From Pirellulales bacterium (GTDB taxonomy: Bacteria; Planctomycetota; Planctomycetia; Pirellulales; JADZDJ01): a stretch of 64,000 bases of DNA. The stretch spans positions 686-64,685 of the forward strand of contig DASRSD010000110.1 in assembly GCA_035656635.1 (NCBI GenBank), given 5' to 3'. Below the pieces are notes generated by a model. That model searched no databases, was not told where the DNA came from, and was given only the letters and a program-made list of their open reading frames with translations. This document shows, in pieces, positions 39,442 to 50,380 of this stretch (the first letter of the stretch is position 1; every line of letters starts with the position of its first letter). Position numbers and translations under genes: made by a program.

Positions 39442-42400
39442 TCACGGATCATAGCCAAGGTTCGGCGAGAGCCAGCGTTCGATTTCCGCCAGCGGCAGGC
39501 CTTTGCGGCGGGCGTAGGCGTCGGCCTGGTCGCGGGTGATGCGGTCGACGGCGAAGTAGCGGCTGTTGGGGTGCGCAAAATACAGCCCACTGACGCTGGC
39601 CGCCGGCCACATGGCGTAGCTTTCGGTCAGCGTGATGCCGGCCTGTTGTTCGGCGTCGAGCAAATCGAACAGAATGCGTTTTTCGGTGTGGTCGGGACAG
39701 GCCGGGTAGCCGGCGGCGGGGCGAATGCCGCGGTATTTTTCCTCGATCAATTCATCAGTCGATAGTTTTTCTTTACGTCCAAAGCCCCAGTCGGTGCGGG
39801 CTTGCCGATGGAGATATTCCGCGAACGCCTCAGCTAGCCGATCGGCAAGCGCTTTGGTCATGATCGAGTTGTAATCGTCGTGATCGCGGTCAAATTTTTT
39901 GGCCAGCTCGTCGCAGCCCAGTCCGGTGGTGACAGCGAATGCGCCCAGGTAATCTCGAACGCCGGTTTCGGCGGGGGCGATAAAATCGGCCAGCGAGAGA
40001 AAATCGTGTTGCCCCTTGCGCTCCCATTGCTGGCGGAGGAAATGGAAGCGCGTAAGTTCGTGCTGGCGGCTGTCATCGGTGTAAAGGGCCACATCATCGC
40101 CCAGCGAAGCCGCCGGCCAAAAGCCATATACCCCGCGGGCCGTCAACAGTTTTTTCGCCACAATTTCGTCGAGCAGACGGCGGGCATCGTCGAACAGTTT
40201 GCGTGCCTCGCCGCCGACATTTGGATCTTCAAAAATCCGCGGATATTTGCCTTTCAGCTCCCACGTGAGGAAAAACGGGGACCAATCGATGAAGGGCACC
40301 AGCTTTTCCAGCGGCAAGTTGTCGATCACTCGCCGACCGGTGAAGGCCGGCTGGGCGATTTGCCCCGCGGCATCCACAGCGGCCCAATCGGTTTGGAAGC
40401 GGTGCGCCAGCGCCTCGTCATACGGCACCAGCTTAATTTGCTGTCGCAGATTGTAGGATTCCACCAATTGCTTTTGCACCGCCTGGTTGCCGCGCACCAG
40501 TTCGTCACGCCGCTGGGGATTCAACAGCTTTTCCACCACACCGGCGGCGCGGGAAGCATCCAGCACGTGAATGGTCGGTTGCTTGTACTGCGGCGCAATT
40601 TTTACGGCGGTGTGCTTGGCGCTGGTCGTGGCGCCGCCAATCAACAGCGGCAAATCAATTTCTTGCCGTTGCATTTCCCGGGCCACGTGGACCATTTCGT
40701 CCAGGCTGGGCGTAATCAGCCCGCTCAGGCCGATCATGTGGACGCCTTCCTTGCGGGCGGTATCTAAAATGCGTTCGCAGGGAACCATCACGCCCAGATC
40801 GATCACCTGGTAGTTGTTGCAGCCGAGCACCACGCCGACAATGTTTTTGCCGATGTCGTGCACGTCCCCCTTCACGGTGGCCAGCAGCACCTTGCCGCGC
40901 GGCTTGTCTCCCAGGCCGGCGGCGGCTTTTTCCGCTTCCATAAAGGGGAGCAAATAGGCCACGGCTTTTTTCATGACGCGGGCACTTTTCACCACTTGGG
41001 GCAAAAACATTTTGCCGGCGCCGAATAAATCGCCGACCACTTGCATGCCGGCCATCAGCGGGCCTTCGATAATTTCCAGCGCCGTGGGAAATTTTTGGCG
41101 GGCTTCTTCGACGTCGGACTCAATAAAATCGACAATGCCCTTCACCAGCGAATGGCTGAGCCGCTTTTCGACCGGCTCGTTGCGCCAGACTTCATCGGCC
41201 ACAGTGTCGCCGCCGGATTGCTTTTTCACCGTTTCGGCAAATTGAATGAGCCGCTCGGTGGCATCAGGCCGGCGGTCCAGCAGCACATCTTCCACACGCT
41301 CCAACAAATCGCGCGGAATTTCTTCGTACACGGCCAGTTGACCGGCGTTCACAATGCCCATATCCATGCCGGCGCGGATGGCGTGGTACAAAAACGCGGC
41401 GTGCATCGCTTCGCGAACCACGTCGTTGCCGCGGAACGAGAACGAAATGTTACTGACGCCGCCGGACACTTTGCACAGCGGCAGGGCGCGCTTAATTTGC
41501 CGCGTCGCCTCAATATAATTGAGCGCGTAGCGGTTGTGTTCCTCGATGCCCGTGCCGACGGTGAGAATGTTTGGATCGAAAATAATGTCGCTTCCGGGGA
41601 AGCCGATTTGCTCGGTGAGCAGCTTGTAAGCGCGGCGGCAAATTTTCAGCTTGTGATCGACTTCGGTGGCCTGGCCGGTTTCGTCAAAAGCCATGACTAC
41701 GACAGCCGCGCCGTAACGCCGGGCCAACTTGGCGTGGTGTAAAAATGCTTCCTCGCCTTCTTTCAGGCTGATGGAGTTAACAATCGCTTTGCCCTGCACG
41801 CATTTGAGGCCCGCTTCAATGACCGACCATTTGGAGCTGTCGACCATGATCGGCACGCGGGCAATTTCCGGCTCGGCAGCCAGCAAATTCAAGAATTTGG
41901 TCATCACCGCTTCGCCGTCGAGCAGGGCTTCGTCGAAGTTCACATCGAGAACATTGGCGCCGGCTTCGACCTGCCCACGGGCCACGCCGAGCGCATCTTC
42001 AAACTTGCCATCTTTCACCAGGCGGGCGAATTTTTTGCTGCCGGTTACGTTGGTGCGCTCGCCGATCATGATGAAGTTTGATTCCGGCCGAATCGTGAGC
42101 GGCTCCAGCCCGCTGAGGCGGGTGAGCGTTTCCACCTTTGGCCGGCGGCGCGGCGGCACTTTATTTACGGCATCGGCAATGGCTTTGATGTGCGGCGGCG
42201 TGGTGCCGCAACAACCCCCGACAATGTTGATCCAGCCATTGCGGGCAAACTCACCCAGCAGCCGGGCCATCGATTGCGGCGTTTCGTCAAAGCCGCCCAG
42301 CGCGTTGGGCAATCCGGCGTTGGGGTAGCAGCTGATGAAAATCGGCGCGATGTGGGAAAGCTCTTCCAAGTAGGGGCGTAATTGCTCCGGACCCAGCGCA

Positions 42401-43161
42401 CAGTTAATGCCGACGCTCAGCAAATCGACATGCGCCAGCGAATTCCAACAGGCCTCCACCGTTTGCGCCGAAAGCGTGCGGCCATCTTTGAACACGGTGA
42501 ACGAGGCCATCACTGGCACGCGCACGTCGTGATCGTCAAAATATTTTTCGATGGCGAACAGGCAGGCTTTCAGCACCAGCGTGTCGAACGCAGTTTCGGC
42601 CAGCAGAAGATCGACGCCCCCTTCCACGAGTGCCTCGACCTGCTCGTAATACGTTTCGACCATTTGATCGAACGTGGCGCCTCGGTAACCGGGATCTTCG
42701 ACATTGCCGGCGATCGAAAGCTGTTTGTTCGTTGGCCCGATGGAGCCCGCCACAAACCGCGGCCTTTCCGGATTGCGAGCCGTGAAATGATCGGCGGCGC
42801 GCCGGGCCAGCGCCACCGCGGCGAGGTTCATTTCGCGCACGTGGCCTTCCAAGGCGAAATCGGTCAGGGCGACGCTGGTGGCGCCGAAGGTGTTGGTTTC
42901 GATCAGGTCGGCCCCCGCTTCCAAATAAGCGCGGTGGATGTTTTCGATTGCTTCCGGCTGAGTGAGGCACAGCACGTCGATCAAATTTCGCAAATCCTTC
43001 GGATGGCTGGCGAATTGGCGGCCGCGAAAATCGGCTTCGCTAAACTTCAGGGCGTGGACCATTGTGCCCATGGCCCCGTCCAGCACCAGAATCCGCTGGG
43101 CAAGCAGTTGCTCGAGTGCTTCACGAGTTACCGGTGGTCGGGCGACGAGTGACATGGGCAA
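39442..43161 (-). CDS. metH: cobalamin-dependent methionine synthase
   Basis: 1239 aa. Hcy-binding N-terminus ([11 protein letters not shown]), pterin-binding module, B12 motif [10 protein letters not shown], and a C-terminal AdoMet activation domain. Confidence 0.97.
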   Translation of the reverse strand: MPMSLVARPPVTREALEQLLAQRILVLDGAMGTMVHALKFSEADFRGRQFASHPKDLRNLIDVLCLTQPEAIENIHRAYLEAGADLIETNTFGATSVALTDFALEGHVREMNLAAVALARRAADHFTARNPERPRFVAGSIGPTNKQLSIAGNVEDPGYRGATFDQMVETYYEQVEALVEGGVDLLLAETAFDTLVLKACLFAIEKYFDDHDVRVPVMASFTVFKDGRTLSAQTVEACWNSLAHVDLLSVGINCALGPEQLRPYLEELSHIAPIFISCYPNAGLPNALGGFDETPQSMARLLGEFARNGWINIVGGCCGTTPPHIKAIADAVNKVPPRRRPKVETLTRLSGLEPLTIRPESNFIMIGERTNVTGSKKFARLVKDGKFEDALGVARGQVEAGANVLDVNFDEALLDGEAVMTKFLNLLAAEPEIARVPIMVDSSKWSVIEAGLKCVQGKAIVNSISLKEGEEAFLHHAKLARRYGAAVVVMAFDETGQATEVDHKLKICRRAYKLLTEQIGFPGSDIIFDPNILTVGTGIEEHNRYALNYIEATRQIKRALPLCKVSGGVSNISFSFRGNDVVREAMHAAFLYHAIRAGMDMGIVNAGQLAVYEEIPRDLLERVEDVLLDRRPDATERLIQFAETVKKQSGGDTVADEVWRNEPVEKRLSHSLVKGIVDFIESDVEEARQKFPTALEIIEGPLMAGMQVVGDLFGAGKMFLPQVVKSARVMKKAVAYLLPFMEAEKAAAGLGDKPRGKVLLATVKGDVHDIGKNIVGVVLGCNNYQVIDLGVMVPCERILDTARKEGVHMIGLSGLITPSLDEMVHVAREMQRQEIDLPLLIGGATTSAKHTAVKIAPQYKQPTIHVLDASRAAGVVEKLLNPQRRDELVRGNQAVQKQLVESYNLRQQIKLVPYDEALAHRFQTDWAAVDAAGQIAQPAFTGRRVIDNLPLEKLVPFIDWSPFFLTWELKGKYPRIFEDPNVGGEARKLFDDARRLLDEIVAKKLLTARGVYGFWPAASLGDDVALYTDDSRQHELTRFHFLRQQWERKGQHDFLSLADFIAPAETGVRDYLGAFAVTTGLGCDELAKKFDRDHDDYNSIMTKALADRLAEAFAEYLHRQARTDWGFGRKEKLSTDELIEEKYRGIRPAAGYPACPDHTEKRILFDLLDAEQQAGITLTESYAMWPAASVSGLYFAHPNSRYFAVDRITRDQADAYARRKGLPLAEIERWLSPNLGYDP

Positions 43162-43539
43162 GTGTTAACGAAGGAAATATGGGGCTGAGACAGTCTTCGA
43201 AAGCCGCAAGACTTGTGTGTGTAATAATTTACGATGTTTTTGGCGGTCGCTGCCAATGCTGCTGGCAGTTTCAAAGTATCTCACAGGCACGGGAAATGGG
43301 CAACTTCGCCATCAAAGCAAGTATATGGACGCCGTCAAACGACACCGGCTAGCAATCAATTGCTAGCCGACTAGTTCATTTTACCTACCTCCAAAACTCC
43401 ACGCGACCGCGCTATTGCTCAAGATCGATACATTCCTCACCCGATAATGCGGATTAGCGCCGTTGTCTGCGCAGGCTTCAACAAGCTGCGCGAACAGCTT
43501 CGCTCGGAATGCCACCGTGATATCCAAGGAAGGTATTGC

Positions 43540-44637
43540 ATGAGCCAGCCGCAAGACGCAATTCGACCACGGCATCGTCGCCGCCGCCAACAGGAAATTG
43601 GCAACCCAGGCGGAACGGCAATGACCAGCGCCGAGCAAAGCACGCGAGTGATTATCCGCGTCCCGCTGGTTACCACACACGGAAAGATTCCTGCACCGCA
43701 TAGCACGGCATCGCTGCCTTCCGCCCGTGGGACGGTCTCGCTGGGGGCCGCCAGCGATTTGCCTCCGTCGCCTGTTACGACAAGCGGCAAACAACAAGGT
43801 TCGAGCCATCATCCAAGCCAGCCACAATTCTCCGAAGCGCATTCGCAAGCCACCGCAAAATTGTCGCTTCAACCTCAGCCGCCGGCAAAAGCAAACATTC
43901 GAATTCATGTAGCCCACGGTGGTGATTCGTCGGGACCGCATTCCGCCGCGGCTGCCTGGATGGAGCAGTCCAGCAACGTGCTGGCTGGAATGTTGCAAAA
44001 GCGAGCACTGTTGGCGCTGGCTTTGATTGTGGCAGCCGCGCTCGGCGTGGTGCTGTTATCGCGTGGGCATTCGCATCACTCAGACCAGCCGGCAAATTCT
44101 CCGGACGTTAATGCCGCGCACAATCAGTGGAAATCGGAAACGCCATTTCCTGCGGACGCAAACAGTACACCAGCTCGGCAGGATGGCCAGGGCACGGGTC
44201 CCTATCGCTATTCCGTGGCAAGCAGCCCGGGGATAGTAACCAAAGCCGATCAGCATACCATCGGCGATCGAACCTCTGATGCCAGCGCCGCGTCGAAATT
44301 GCCGACGATACCTAATTCACAGTTGGACGAGCAGAACTCGTGGTTGGAAAACACTTTCGCCCCGCCACCTGGCGCGAATTTGCCGGCGAATGTTGCTGCA
44401 CCCACGGGAATCGATTCTCCGGCGGGCGCCAATCTGCCGGCGCGGATCGCGCCGCCAAGTTCCGGCCCGCCCAACACCACGCTCAATTCACCTGGTTCTG
44501 AGCGGCCGTCAATTTACGCGGCCCGATTGGAACCACTCCCCGGCGGCGAAAGTGTATTCTCGGGCGTCAATGGCCGAGTTGCAGGGACCGCGGTTTTTGA
44601 CGGCACTATTAAAAATCCCGCGCAGATTTCACGATGA
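43540..44637 (+). CDS. Pro/Ser-rich single-pass membrane protein
   Basis: The ATG at 43540 is preceded by aggaagg. One TM helix (LLALALIVAAALGVVLL). The composition is low-complexity. The stop overlaps the next start. Start uncertain. Confidence 0.45.
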   Translation: MSQPQDAIRPRHRRRRQQEIGNPGGTAMTSAEQSTRVIIRVPLVTTHGKIPAPHSTASLPSARGTVSLGAASDLPPSPVTTSGKQQGSSHHPSQPQFSEAHSQATAKLSLQPQPPAKANIRIHVAHGGDSSGPHSAAAAWMEQSSNVLAGMLQKRALLALALIVAAALGVVLLSRGHSHHSDQPANSPDVNAAHNQWKSETPFPADANSTPARQDGQGTGPYRYSVASSPGIVTKADQHTIGDRTSDASAASKLPTIPNSQLDEQNSWLENTFAPPPGANLPANVAAPTGIDSPAGANLPARIAPPSSGPPNTTLNSPGSERPSIYAARLEPLPGGESVFSGVNGRVAGTAVFDGTIKNPAQISR

Positions 44638-45719
44638 GCATTTCCGATCGAGCGTTTATTCGTGCCTATCATGAAGACCCGGCGCACACGGGCCGCGGGT
44701 CCATTGCCGCCATTGACATTGGCTTAGGATCGGTCATTCCGCCGCCGCACGCAAAGTTTCCACCCACCGATGCCCCGGCGAGCAAGGAGCCAATAGCGCC
44801 AAACCAAACGATTGCGCAAGGAGAACCCGAAGCCGCGGCGCCGGGAATACTCAGCAATTTACCGGCAGCCCGAATTGGCATGACGAAACCGCACATTCCG
44901 TTGGGACAATCGCCGAAAGCGGCGCTGTCTGCATTTACCAGCTTAGGCGCAGCGACAATTCCGGCTGCGAATTCGCCAAAGCCGGCGCTGGAAATCGACT
45001 CCGTACGCTGGCCTGCCATGTGTGAAGCGCTGTTGGCGAAATCCGGCGAGGGATTCGATCGACTGGCTGCCGATTTGCGCGCTGAGGCGGCCGCCGGTCA
45101 CAAGGTCACCGCCATTACGGGCACCAATCGGAGTGAAGGCCGAACGACGCTGTCCCTCTGCCTTGCGCGATGTTTGGCCGCTGAAGCGCATTCGAGAATC
45201 ATTTTGGTCGATGCGGATTTCGGCTCCCCGCAAATGGCGTCCCAATTTGGAATTGCCCTGGAGCGTGGTTGGGAAGCGGTTCTGGCCGGGGACGAACCGT
45301 TGTGGGAAATGCTGATTGAATCGGTCGCCGATCGCTTCGCATTGGCGCTGTTGGGCAGCGGAGTTTCCGCCGGAGCAACCCACAAAAGTTCAACGGCGAC
45401 CAATTCGGCGGTGATTAATTCCGCCGCCACCAGCGATGCCATTCAACACCGCATTGTGCCCGAAGCGTTTCGGGTGGCCGCCGTACTGGGCGAGCTCGCT
45501 GAACATTTTGATATGGTATTGATCGATGCGGGCCCGTTGATGCCGGAATCGGTCACGGGCCAATGGCTGCTGGAGCCATCGGTGGGAGTGCACAACATTA
45601 TTTTGGCCCACGATGTCCGCCGTCCCGAAGCGCGTCGGCTGGCCGCGGGTTGTTTGCGAATTGCGGAAGCCAAGCAGCGTCAGTTGGGAATTGCGGAAAC
45701 ATTCGTCTCCGGGATTTAA
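44634..45719 (+). CDS. ParA/MinD/BY-kinase-fold P-loop protein with degenerate Walker A
   Basis: VTAITGTNRSEGRTTLSLCLARCLA...IILVDADF...FDMVLIDAGPL. Arg (cga, 45141-45143) sits where the Walker A Lys is expected. No C-terminal Tyr cluster. Confidence 0.65.
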   Translation: MSISDRAFIRAYHEDPAHTGRGSIAAIDIGLGSVIPPPHAKFPPTDAPASKEPIAPNQTIAQGEPEAAAPGILSNLPAARIGMTKPHIPLGQSPKAALSAFTSLGAATIPAANSPKPALEIDSVRWPAMCEALLAKSGEGFDRLAADLRAEAAAGHKVTAITGTNRSEGRTTLSLCLARCLAAEAHSRIILVDADFGSPQMASQFGIALERGWEAVLAGDEPLWEMLIESVADRFALALLGSGVSAGATHKSSTATNSAVINSAATSDAIQHRIVPEAFRVAAVLGELAEHFDMVLIDAGPLMPESVTGQWLLEPSVGVHNIILAHDVRRPEARRLAAGCLRIAEAKQRQLGIAETFVSGI

Positions 45720-45741
45720 TCAACCGCAATGGTTGGAAACG

Positions 45742-46590
45742 ATGCATCCGCCGGCATGTCCGGCGCCGCCCATGTACGAAGCTTACTGGCAACTCGATCG
45801 GCGACCGTTTGAAAACACCTCGGACGCTCGCTTTTATTATCCGGGCGAAAGCCATCAAGGGGCCATGCTGAAGCTGCGCTATGCGGTAGAAAACCGGCGT
45901 GCCGCGGCGCTATTGTGCGGCGCCTCGGGAAGCGGCAAAACGCTATTGGTTAGACAACTGCGCCGGCACCTGAGCAAGCAATACCGTCCCTTTGTGCATT
46001 TGGTATTTCCGCAAATGCCGACCGAGATGCTGCTGGCCTACGTGGCAGATGAGCTGGGTGCGCCCGGCGAATCGATTTTGAATAATGTGGAGCAGACCGT
46101 CCGGCGGATCCAGGAATTTTTAATCCAAAACGCCGCGCAGGATCAGCATGCCATTGTGGCCATCGACGAGGCTCATTTGCTGGACGACAGCCGCACTTGG
46201 GAAGCGCTCCGGCTGCTGTTGAATTTCGAGGCCGATTCGCAACCCCTGTTAACCTTGCTGTTGGCGGGGCAACCCGGACTTTTGCCGCAGATGGAACGGA
46301 TGCCCGCGCTTGAAGAACGGCTGGGCGTGAAATGCTTGCTGCGGCCGTTTACCATCGACGAAACGGCGGCCTACGTGAACTTCCGACTGCAAGCGGCGGG
46401 AGCCAAACGGCCCATCTTCGAGGCCGCAGCGATGGAAACGCTGCAAGAGCTTACGCACGGCCTGGCGCGAAAAATCAACCGCTTGTGCGATTTGGCAATG
46501 CTAGTCGGTTTTGCCGAGGAGCACAGCAGCATCTCCGCCGAGCAGTTGGAAGCCGTGGCAGATGAACTGGTAACCGTGGCCCCTGAATGA
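45742..46590 (+). CDS. ExeA/GspA/MshM-like AAA ATPase
   Basis: PF.NTSDARFYY leader, Walker A GASGSGKT, Walker B AIVAIDEAHLL, and the LLLAGQP arginine-finger region. An alternative start lies at 45772 (MYEAYW). Confidence 0.85.
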   Translation: MHPPACPAPPMYEAYWQLDRRPFENTSDARFYYPGESHQGAMLKLRYAVENRRAAALLCGASGSGKTLLVRQLRRHLSKQYRPFVHLVFPQMPTEMLLAYVADELGAPGESILNNVEQTVRRIQEFLIQNAAQDQHAIVAIDEAHLLDDSRTWEALRLLLNFEADSQPLLTLLLAGQPGLLPQMERMPALEERLGVKCLLRPFTIDETAAYVNFRLQAAGAKRPIFEAAAMETLQELTHGLARKINRLCDLAMLVGFAEEHSSISAEQLEAVADELVTVAPE

Positions 46591-46596
46591 CCTTAG

Positions 46597-47754
46597 TTAT
46601 TCAACTGCGGGTGTTCTGTCCACCGCGGGCGTTCTGTCCACTCGAAACGGCGTTAAATCAACCCCCGGCGATTCGCCGCGAATGAGGCGGCTCATGACCA
46701 CTGCGGTTCCCGTCGAAAGCCACAACCCATGGCGAAAATGTCCGGCGGCAATAAAGGCATTCTCGATCCCCGGCACGTATCCCAAATAAGGCAGCCCGTC
46801 GACACTGCCGGGACGAAAGCCACACCAACTGCGCTCCACTGCCGCCGATTTGAGCTCGGGCGCTAAGTTGACGGCAAAGCGCAGCAAATCGGCCACGGCT
46901 TCCGCCGTGTTGCGGCGATCGAAGCCGACGTCTTCCATCGTGGTGCCGATCAGCAGCCGGCCATCATCGCGCGGCAGCAAGTAGCGATGGCCAACATCGA
47001 TGTTCCATTCCACAATCCGCTCGACGATGGGCCGCGGTGTGGAAAGCATCACAATTTGCCCGCGCATCGGTTTCACCGTTATTTTCAAGCCCAAGCGCGC
47101 GGCAATGCTTTGCGACCACGCCCCGGTGGCCAAAACCACTTGGTCTGCCGCTATCGAGCCCACATTCGTTTGCACCGCAGAGACTCGCGAGTCAGAAATT
47201 TCAAAATCGTAGGCTTCCACGCCGGCGGAAATTTCCACGCCGCGCTTTTCGCAGGCGGCGATGAGGGCCTTCAAATGTCGTGGGCTGCGGATTTGCACTT
47301 CGTCGGCCGCCAATGCCGCGCCGTGCAACTGGCAGCGATCGTAAACGCCTGCCAACGCTGGTTCGAGCTGGTCAATATCCGTGGAGTGCAGCCACTTCAC
47401 GCTGACCCCCTCGCGCCGCCAACGTTCGCATTGTTTAAGTAGATCGGCGGCAGCCGTATCGCTGTCGGCCAGTTGAATGCCGCCCGAGCGGCGATAACCG
47501 TTGTCGATGCCCGTTTCTTCCCGCAGCCGGGCGGCCCAATCGGCATGTAATTGCGAACTGAACCCTTGGAGCCATTCGGCGGGCGGCGCCTTCATGCGAA
47601 ATTTGCACGGGGGAAGAATGCCGGCGGCAGCCCACGAAGTTTCGCACCCCGGCTGGCCCCGATCCAACAAGCGCACCCGCAACCCTTGGCCAGCCAACTC
47701 GTAAGCCAGCGACAGCCCGATAAAGCCGCCGCCCAGAATTAAAACGTCGGGCAT
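46597..47754 (-). CDS. thiO: FAD-dependent glycine oxidase-like oxidoreductase
   Basis: DVLILGGGFIGLSLAYEL dinucleotide fold and DAO-family length. The thiO assignment is by family resemblance only. Confidence 0.7.
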   Translation of the reverse strand: MPDVLILGGGFIGLSLAYELAGQGLRVRLLDRGQPGCETSWAAAGILPPCKFRMKAPPAEWLQGFSSQLHADWAARLREETGIDNGYRRSGGIQLADSDTAAADLLKQCERWRREGVSVKWLHSTDIDQLEPALAGVYDRCQLHGAALAADEVQIRSPRHLKALIAACEKRGVEISAGVEAYDFEISDSRVSAVQTNVGSIAADQVVLATGAWSQSIAARLGLKITVKPMRGQIVMLSTPRPIVERIVEWNIDVGHRYLLPRDDGRLLIGTTMEDVGFDRRNTAEAVADLLRFAVNLAPELKSAAVERSWCGFRPGSVDGLPYLGYVPGIENAFIAAGHFRHGLWLSTGTAVVMSRLIRGESPGVDLTPFRVDRTPAVDRTPAVE

Positions 47755-47846
47755 TCGCAGAGTTCAAGGTTCAGGGTTCAGAAATTTACGCCGTACTCGA
47801 AATGCCATCGTACGCTACACAGTTGCAGTTTAGCAAACCCTACCCC

Positions 47847-49010
47847 CTACCCCTGCGCGTTGGTGGCCACCGAGGAATCGTCGCCAATGTTAATCCACAA
47901 GTGCACGTGCGGCGAGCCGCGGAAGTACCACACGAACGAAGGTCCTTCCAGCCGCCAATTGTCCCACACGCCATCGTCGCCAATATCGCCCGCGGAGTAA
48001 AACGCCAGCGAGCACTTGTCAATGCCGCCTTGCTTGTTCAAGCAGGCACGCACGTCTTCGCAATCGGCATTGCGATAGGGCGAGAGCATGATGGCCATGG
48101 TTTTATCGAGTTGCTCGCGCTGATCGTGCGTGAGTTCGGTCACCGGAAGGCCGGGAAATTTCCCGTCTCCGCCGCGGAAGCTAACGGCCGATTCCGCCGG
48201 CAGCCGGCTTTGCAGCGACGCTTTGCGCTGCTTGCCGTCGAGCATTTCGAAAATTTTGTTCGCTGCCACCGCCTGCGGCCAAAACACGTTGCCGGGATGG
48301 TCGGCTTGTTCGTTGAACCCACTGGCCGCGTGACCGTGGAAAACAGGCCCACCGAACGCCATGTGGTCGATGTTGTGGCCGTCCACACGCACCGTCAAAT
48401 GCCGACCGGTCATCACCAGCTCAAACTTGCCTTCGCCCGGGTGACCGAATAGCGCGACACTTTGCGAATGGCCATAGCCGCCGGCGTCGTCTTGCAACTG
48501 GTGGTCGATTTTTGGAATCCACTCGGGCTGGAACAATCCTTCATAAATCGCGCGGATAATTTCTTGCTGATCTTTGCTGTAAAATTCGCTGCCGATGGCC
48601 GGCTCGGTAATGTTCCAGTTGTTGCTCACTCGGGTTCGCAGCAGGCCGCGCTTCGGATCGACATAATCCCAATCGAAGGCCACCTTTTCGCGCTGCTCCG
48701 GCCGCAAAGAATCGTACAGTTGCTTGACCAGCGTCTCGGGAATGGCTTTCGTAGCCGGGGTTCCGTTGGCCGTCAGCGCCGCCGGAATTGCCGCGGCATC
48801 TTTGGGATCGGTCACCGTGGCTTCCGCAGCGCGAGCAATGATGTTGGGCAAGCCAATGGCGCCTGCTGCAAAAGTTGCCGCCACGGTCCCCGCCGTTTTG
48901 ACAAAATCACGCCGATTGAAAAATTCCCGAAGCGTGAGAAATTCGAAGCCCGATTCGCAATCGGGACAAATCCGCTGGGCCTTAGAATTGGTTTGATTTG
49001 ATTGAGACAT
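47847..49010 (-). CDS. Tat-exported DUF3500-like protein
   Basis: NRRDFVKTAGTVAATFAAGAI twin-arginine leader. The start was trimmed to MSQSNQT (49010). The family call is from memory of the motif pattern. Confidence 0.55.
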   Translation of the reverse strand: MSQSNQTNSKAQRICPDCESGFEFLTLREFFNRRDFVKTAGTVAATFAAGAIGLPNIIARAAEATVTDPKDAAAIPAALTANGTPATKAIPETLVKQLYDSLRPEQREKVAFDWDYVDPKRGLLRTRVSNNWNITEPAIGSEFYSKDQQEIIRAIYEGLFQPEWIPKIDHQLQDDAGGYGHSQSVALFGHPGEGKFELVMTGRHLTVRVDGHNIDHMAFGGPVFHGHAASGFNEQADHPGNVFWPQAVAANKIFEMLDGKQRKASLQSRLPAESAVSFRGGDGKFPGLPVTELTHDQREQLDKTMAIMLSPYRNADCEDVRACLNKQGGIDKCSLAFYSAGDIGDDGVWDNWRLEGPSFVWYFRGSPHVHLWINIGDDSSVATNAQG

Positions 49011-49392
49011 ATTCGGCACTCCTTTGTGGCGGCTGCTCGCGGCAGTCGGCAGACGGTAAGCGGCAGAGGCGATGCGGGAATCAGCTTTCCCGACCACTCA
49101 TCTATTAGACCGCAATCGGGAAATGGTTGCAAACGCGCGCGTTTTTGATCGTATCCTAATCAGCCCTAAAAATTGCTCCGCGTTAAACAACGCTCGCCAA
49201 ACTGCCGTTAATCAGGCATCCCATGTGCAAATAAGGCGACCTCGACGGCTAAACTTACTGATTGAATGCATCTAGATGCCGAGTGACTTTTGATTGAAAG
49301 TTGCATCTTGTAACCTTATAACTTTCTGCAAGGCCATACAACTAAGAAGTTTTATTGGTGGGGCGAATCATACAAGTATTGAGTAGGTAACA

Positions 49393-50092
49393 ATGGACAA
49401 CTGGCTTAGACGATGCATTGCCGAAATTCTTGGAACGTTTGCTTTGGTGTTCGCCGGAACGGGCGCAGTTGTTATCAACAATGTGACTAACGGTGCGGTC
49501 TCGAACGTAGGTATCGCTCTGACATTCGGCCTCATTGTTTTGGCGATGATCTATTCGCTTGGTGATGTTTCAGGCTGCCATCTGAATCCTGCTGTCACCT
49601 TGGGTTTTTTCGTTGCTCGACGATTAGAAGGACGATGGCTATTGCCATAATATCACTGCCCAATGCCTTGGAGCACTTGGGGCGAGCTTCACGTTGCGCA
49701 TCTTATTTCCGAACGACCAAACACTTGGGATGACAATGCCATTAGGCTTGCCACTGCAATCATTTATCCTAGAAGTAATCCTGACATTCTTCTTGATGTT
49801 TGTCATCTTGAGCGTGGCGACAGGATCGAAAGAGAAAGGCGTGATGGCAGGTGTGGCGGTTGGTTCGGTGATTGCTCTTGAAGCCATTTTTGCAGGGCCG
49901 ATCTCCGGAGCATCGATGAACCCTGCCCGCTCACTCGCACCAGCCTTGGTTGCTTTACAATTCAAAGACCTATGGATTTATCTGACTGCTCCATTCCTCG
50001 GAGCAATCATGGCGGTAATGGGTTGTCGATGTGTACAGGAGAAAGGATGCTGCTGCTCAATGCCAAATGAAGAGGCAAATTGTGCTGTATGA
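49393..50092 (+). pseudogene. MIP/aquaporin (NIP/AqpS-like) gene disrupted by a frameshift near 49628-49648
   Basis: The first NPA box (HLNPAVT) is in the frame of 49393. The second NPA box (MNPARS) and IIAQCLGA-like ITAQCLGALGA are in the frame of 49694. TAA at 49648-49650 stops frame 1. Confidence 0.8.
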
Positions 50093-50271
50093 AACGCCTA
50101 GTCTTCGTGCGCGTTGAGAACTCAAATCGCAGCCAAATGGCAGAGGCGTTCGCCCATATCCACGGGGCGGACAAGGTCGAAGCATACGGTGCGGGATCAC
50201 GGCCTTCTGGAAGCGTCAATGCAAAAGCCATCGAAGCGATGCAAGAGGGGCTCGTTCAAAGCAGCGAATAG
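50089..50271 (+). pseudogene. arsC: truncated, active-site-mutated LMW-PTP-type arsenate reductase remnant
   Basis: KRLVFVRVENSNRSQMAEAFAHIHGADKVEAYGAGSRPSG matches the ArsC/LMWP N-terminus. However, the P-loop Cys positions read R and N, and the ORF stops after about 60 of the expected roughly 135 aa. ATGA overlap with the aquaporin stop. Confidence 0.65.
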
Positions 50272-50380
50272 CTGGGAACCTTGCGCGCTGTTTTTGGCCG
50301 TGGGACAATTTGCTTTTTATGTGGCAGAATCGCCCGACTGACATAGTCGGGCTATGTACAGCTTGTCCCACTACTCGTGT

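Noticed and set aside
43381-43998. 205-aa minus-strand ORF overlapping the start of the Pro-rich membrane protein gene.
   Set aside because: The translation is Arg/Cys-rich and has no motif. The plus-strand ORF is translationally coupled to the downstream operon, so the plus strand was preferred. Neither call is strong.
46607-46641. 18-bp tandem duplication at the 3' end of the thiO-like gene (encodes VDRTPAVDRTPAVE).
   Set aside because: The duplication is real but looks like a trivial in-frame slippage in a disordered tail. No further significance is apparent.
47755-47846. TPP riboswitch upstream of the thiO-like gene. FMN riboswitch upstream of ribE (8928-9021). Cobalamin or SAH riboswitch upstream of metH (43162-43540).
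   Set aside because: The spacers are too short, or they lack the conserved cores I can recognise by eye (for example the CUGAGA/ACCUGA motifs of TPP). A covariance-model scan would be needed to exclude them properly.
50332-50352. Hairpin gcccgact-gacat-agtcgggc between the arsC remnant and the mutM stop, considered as a terminator.
   Set aside because: No U tract on either strand and only an 8-bp stem. The evidence is insufficient to call it.
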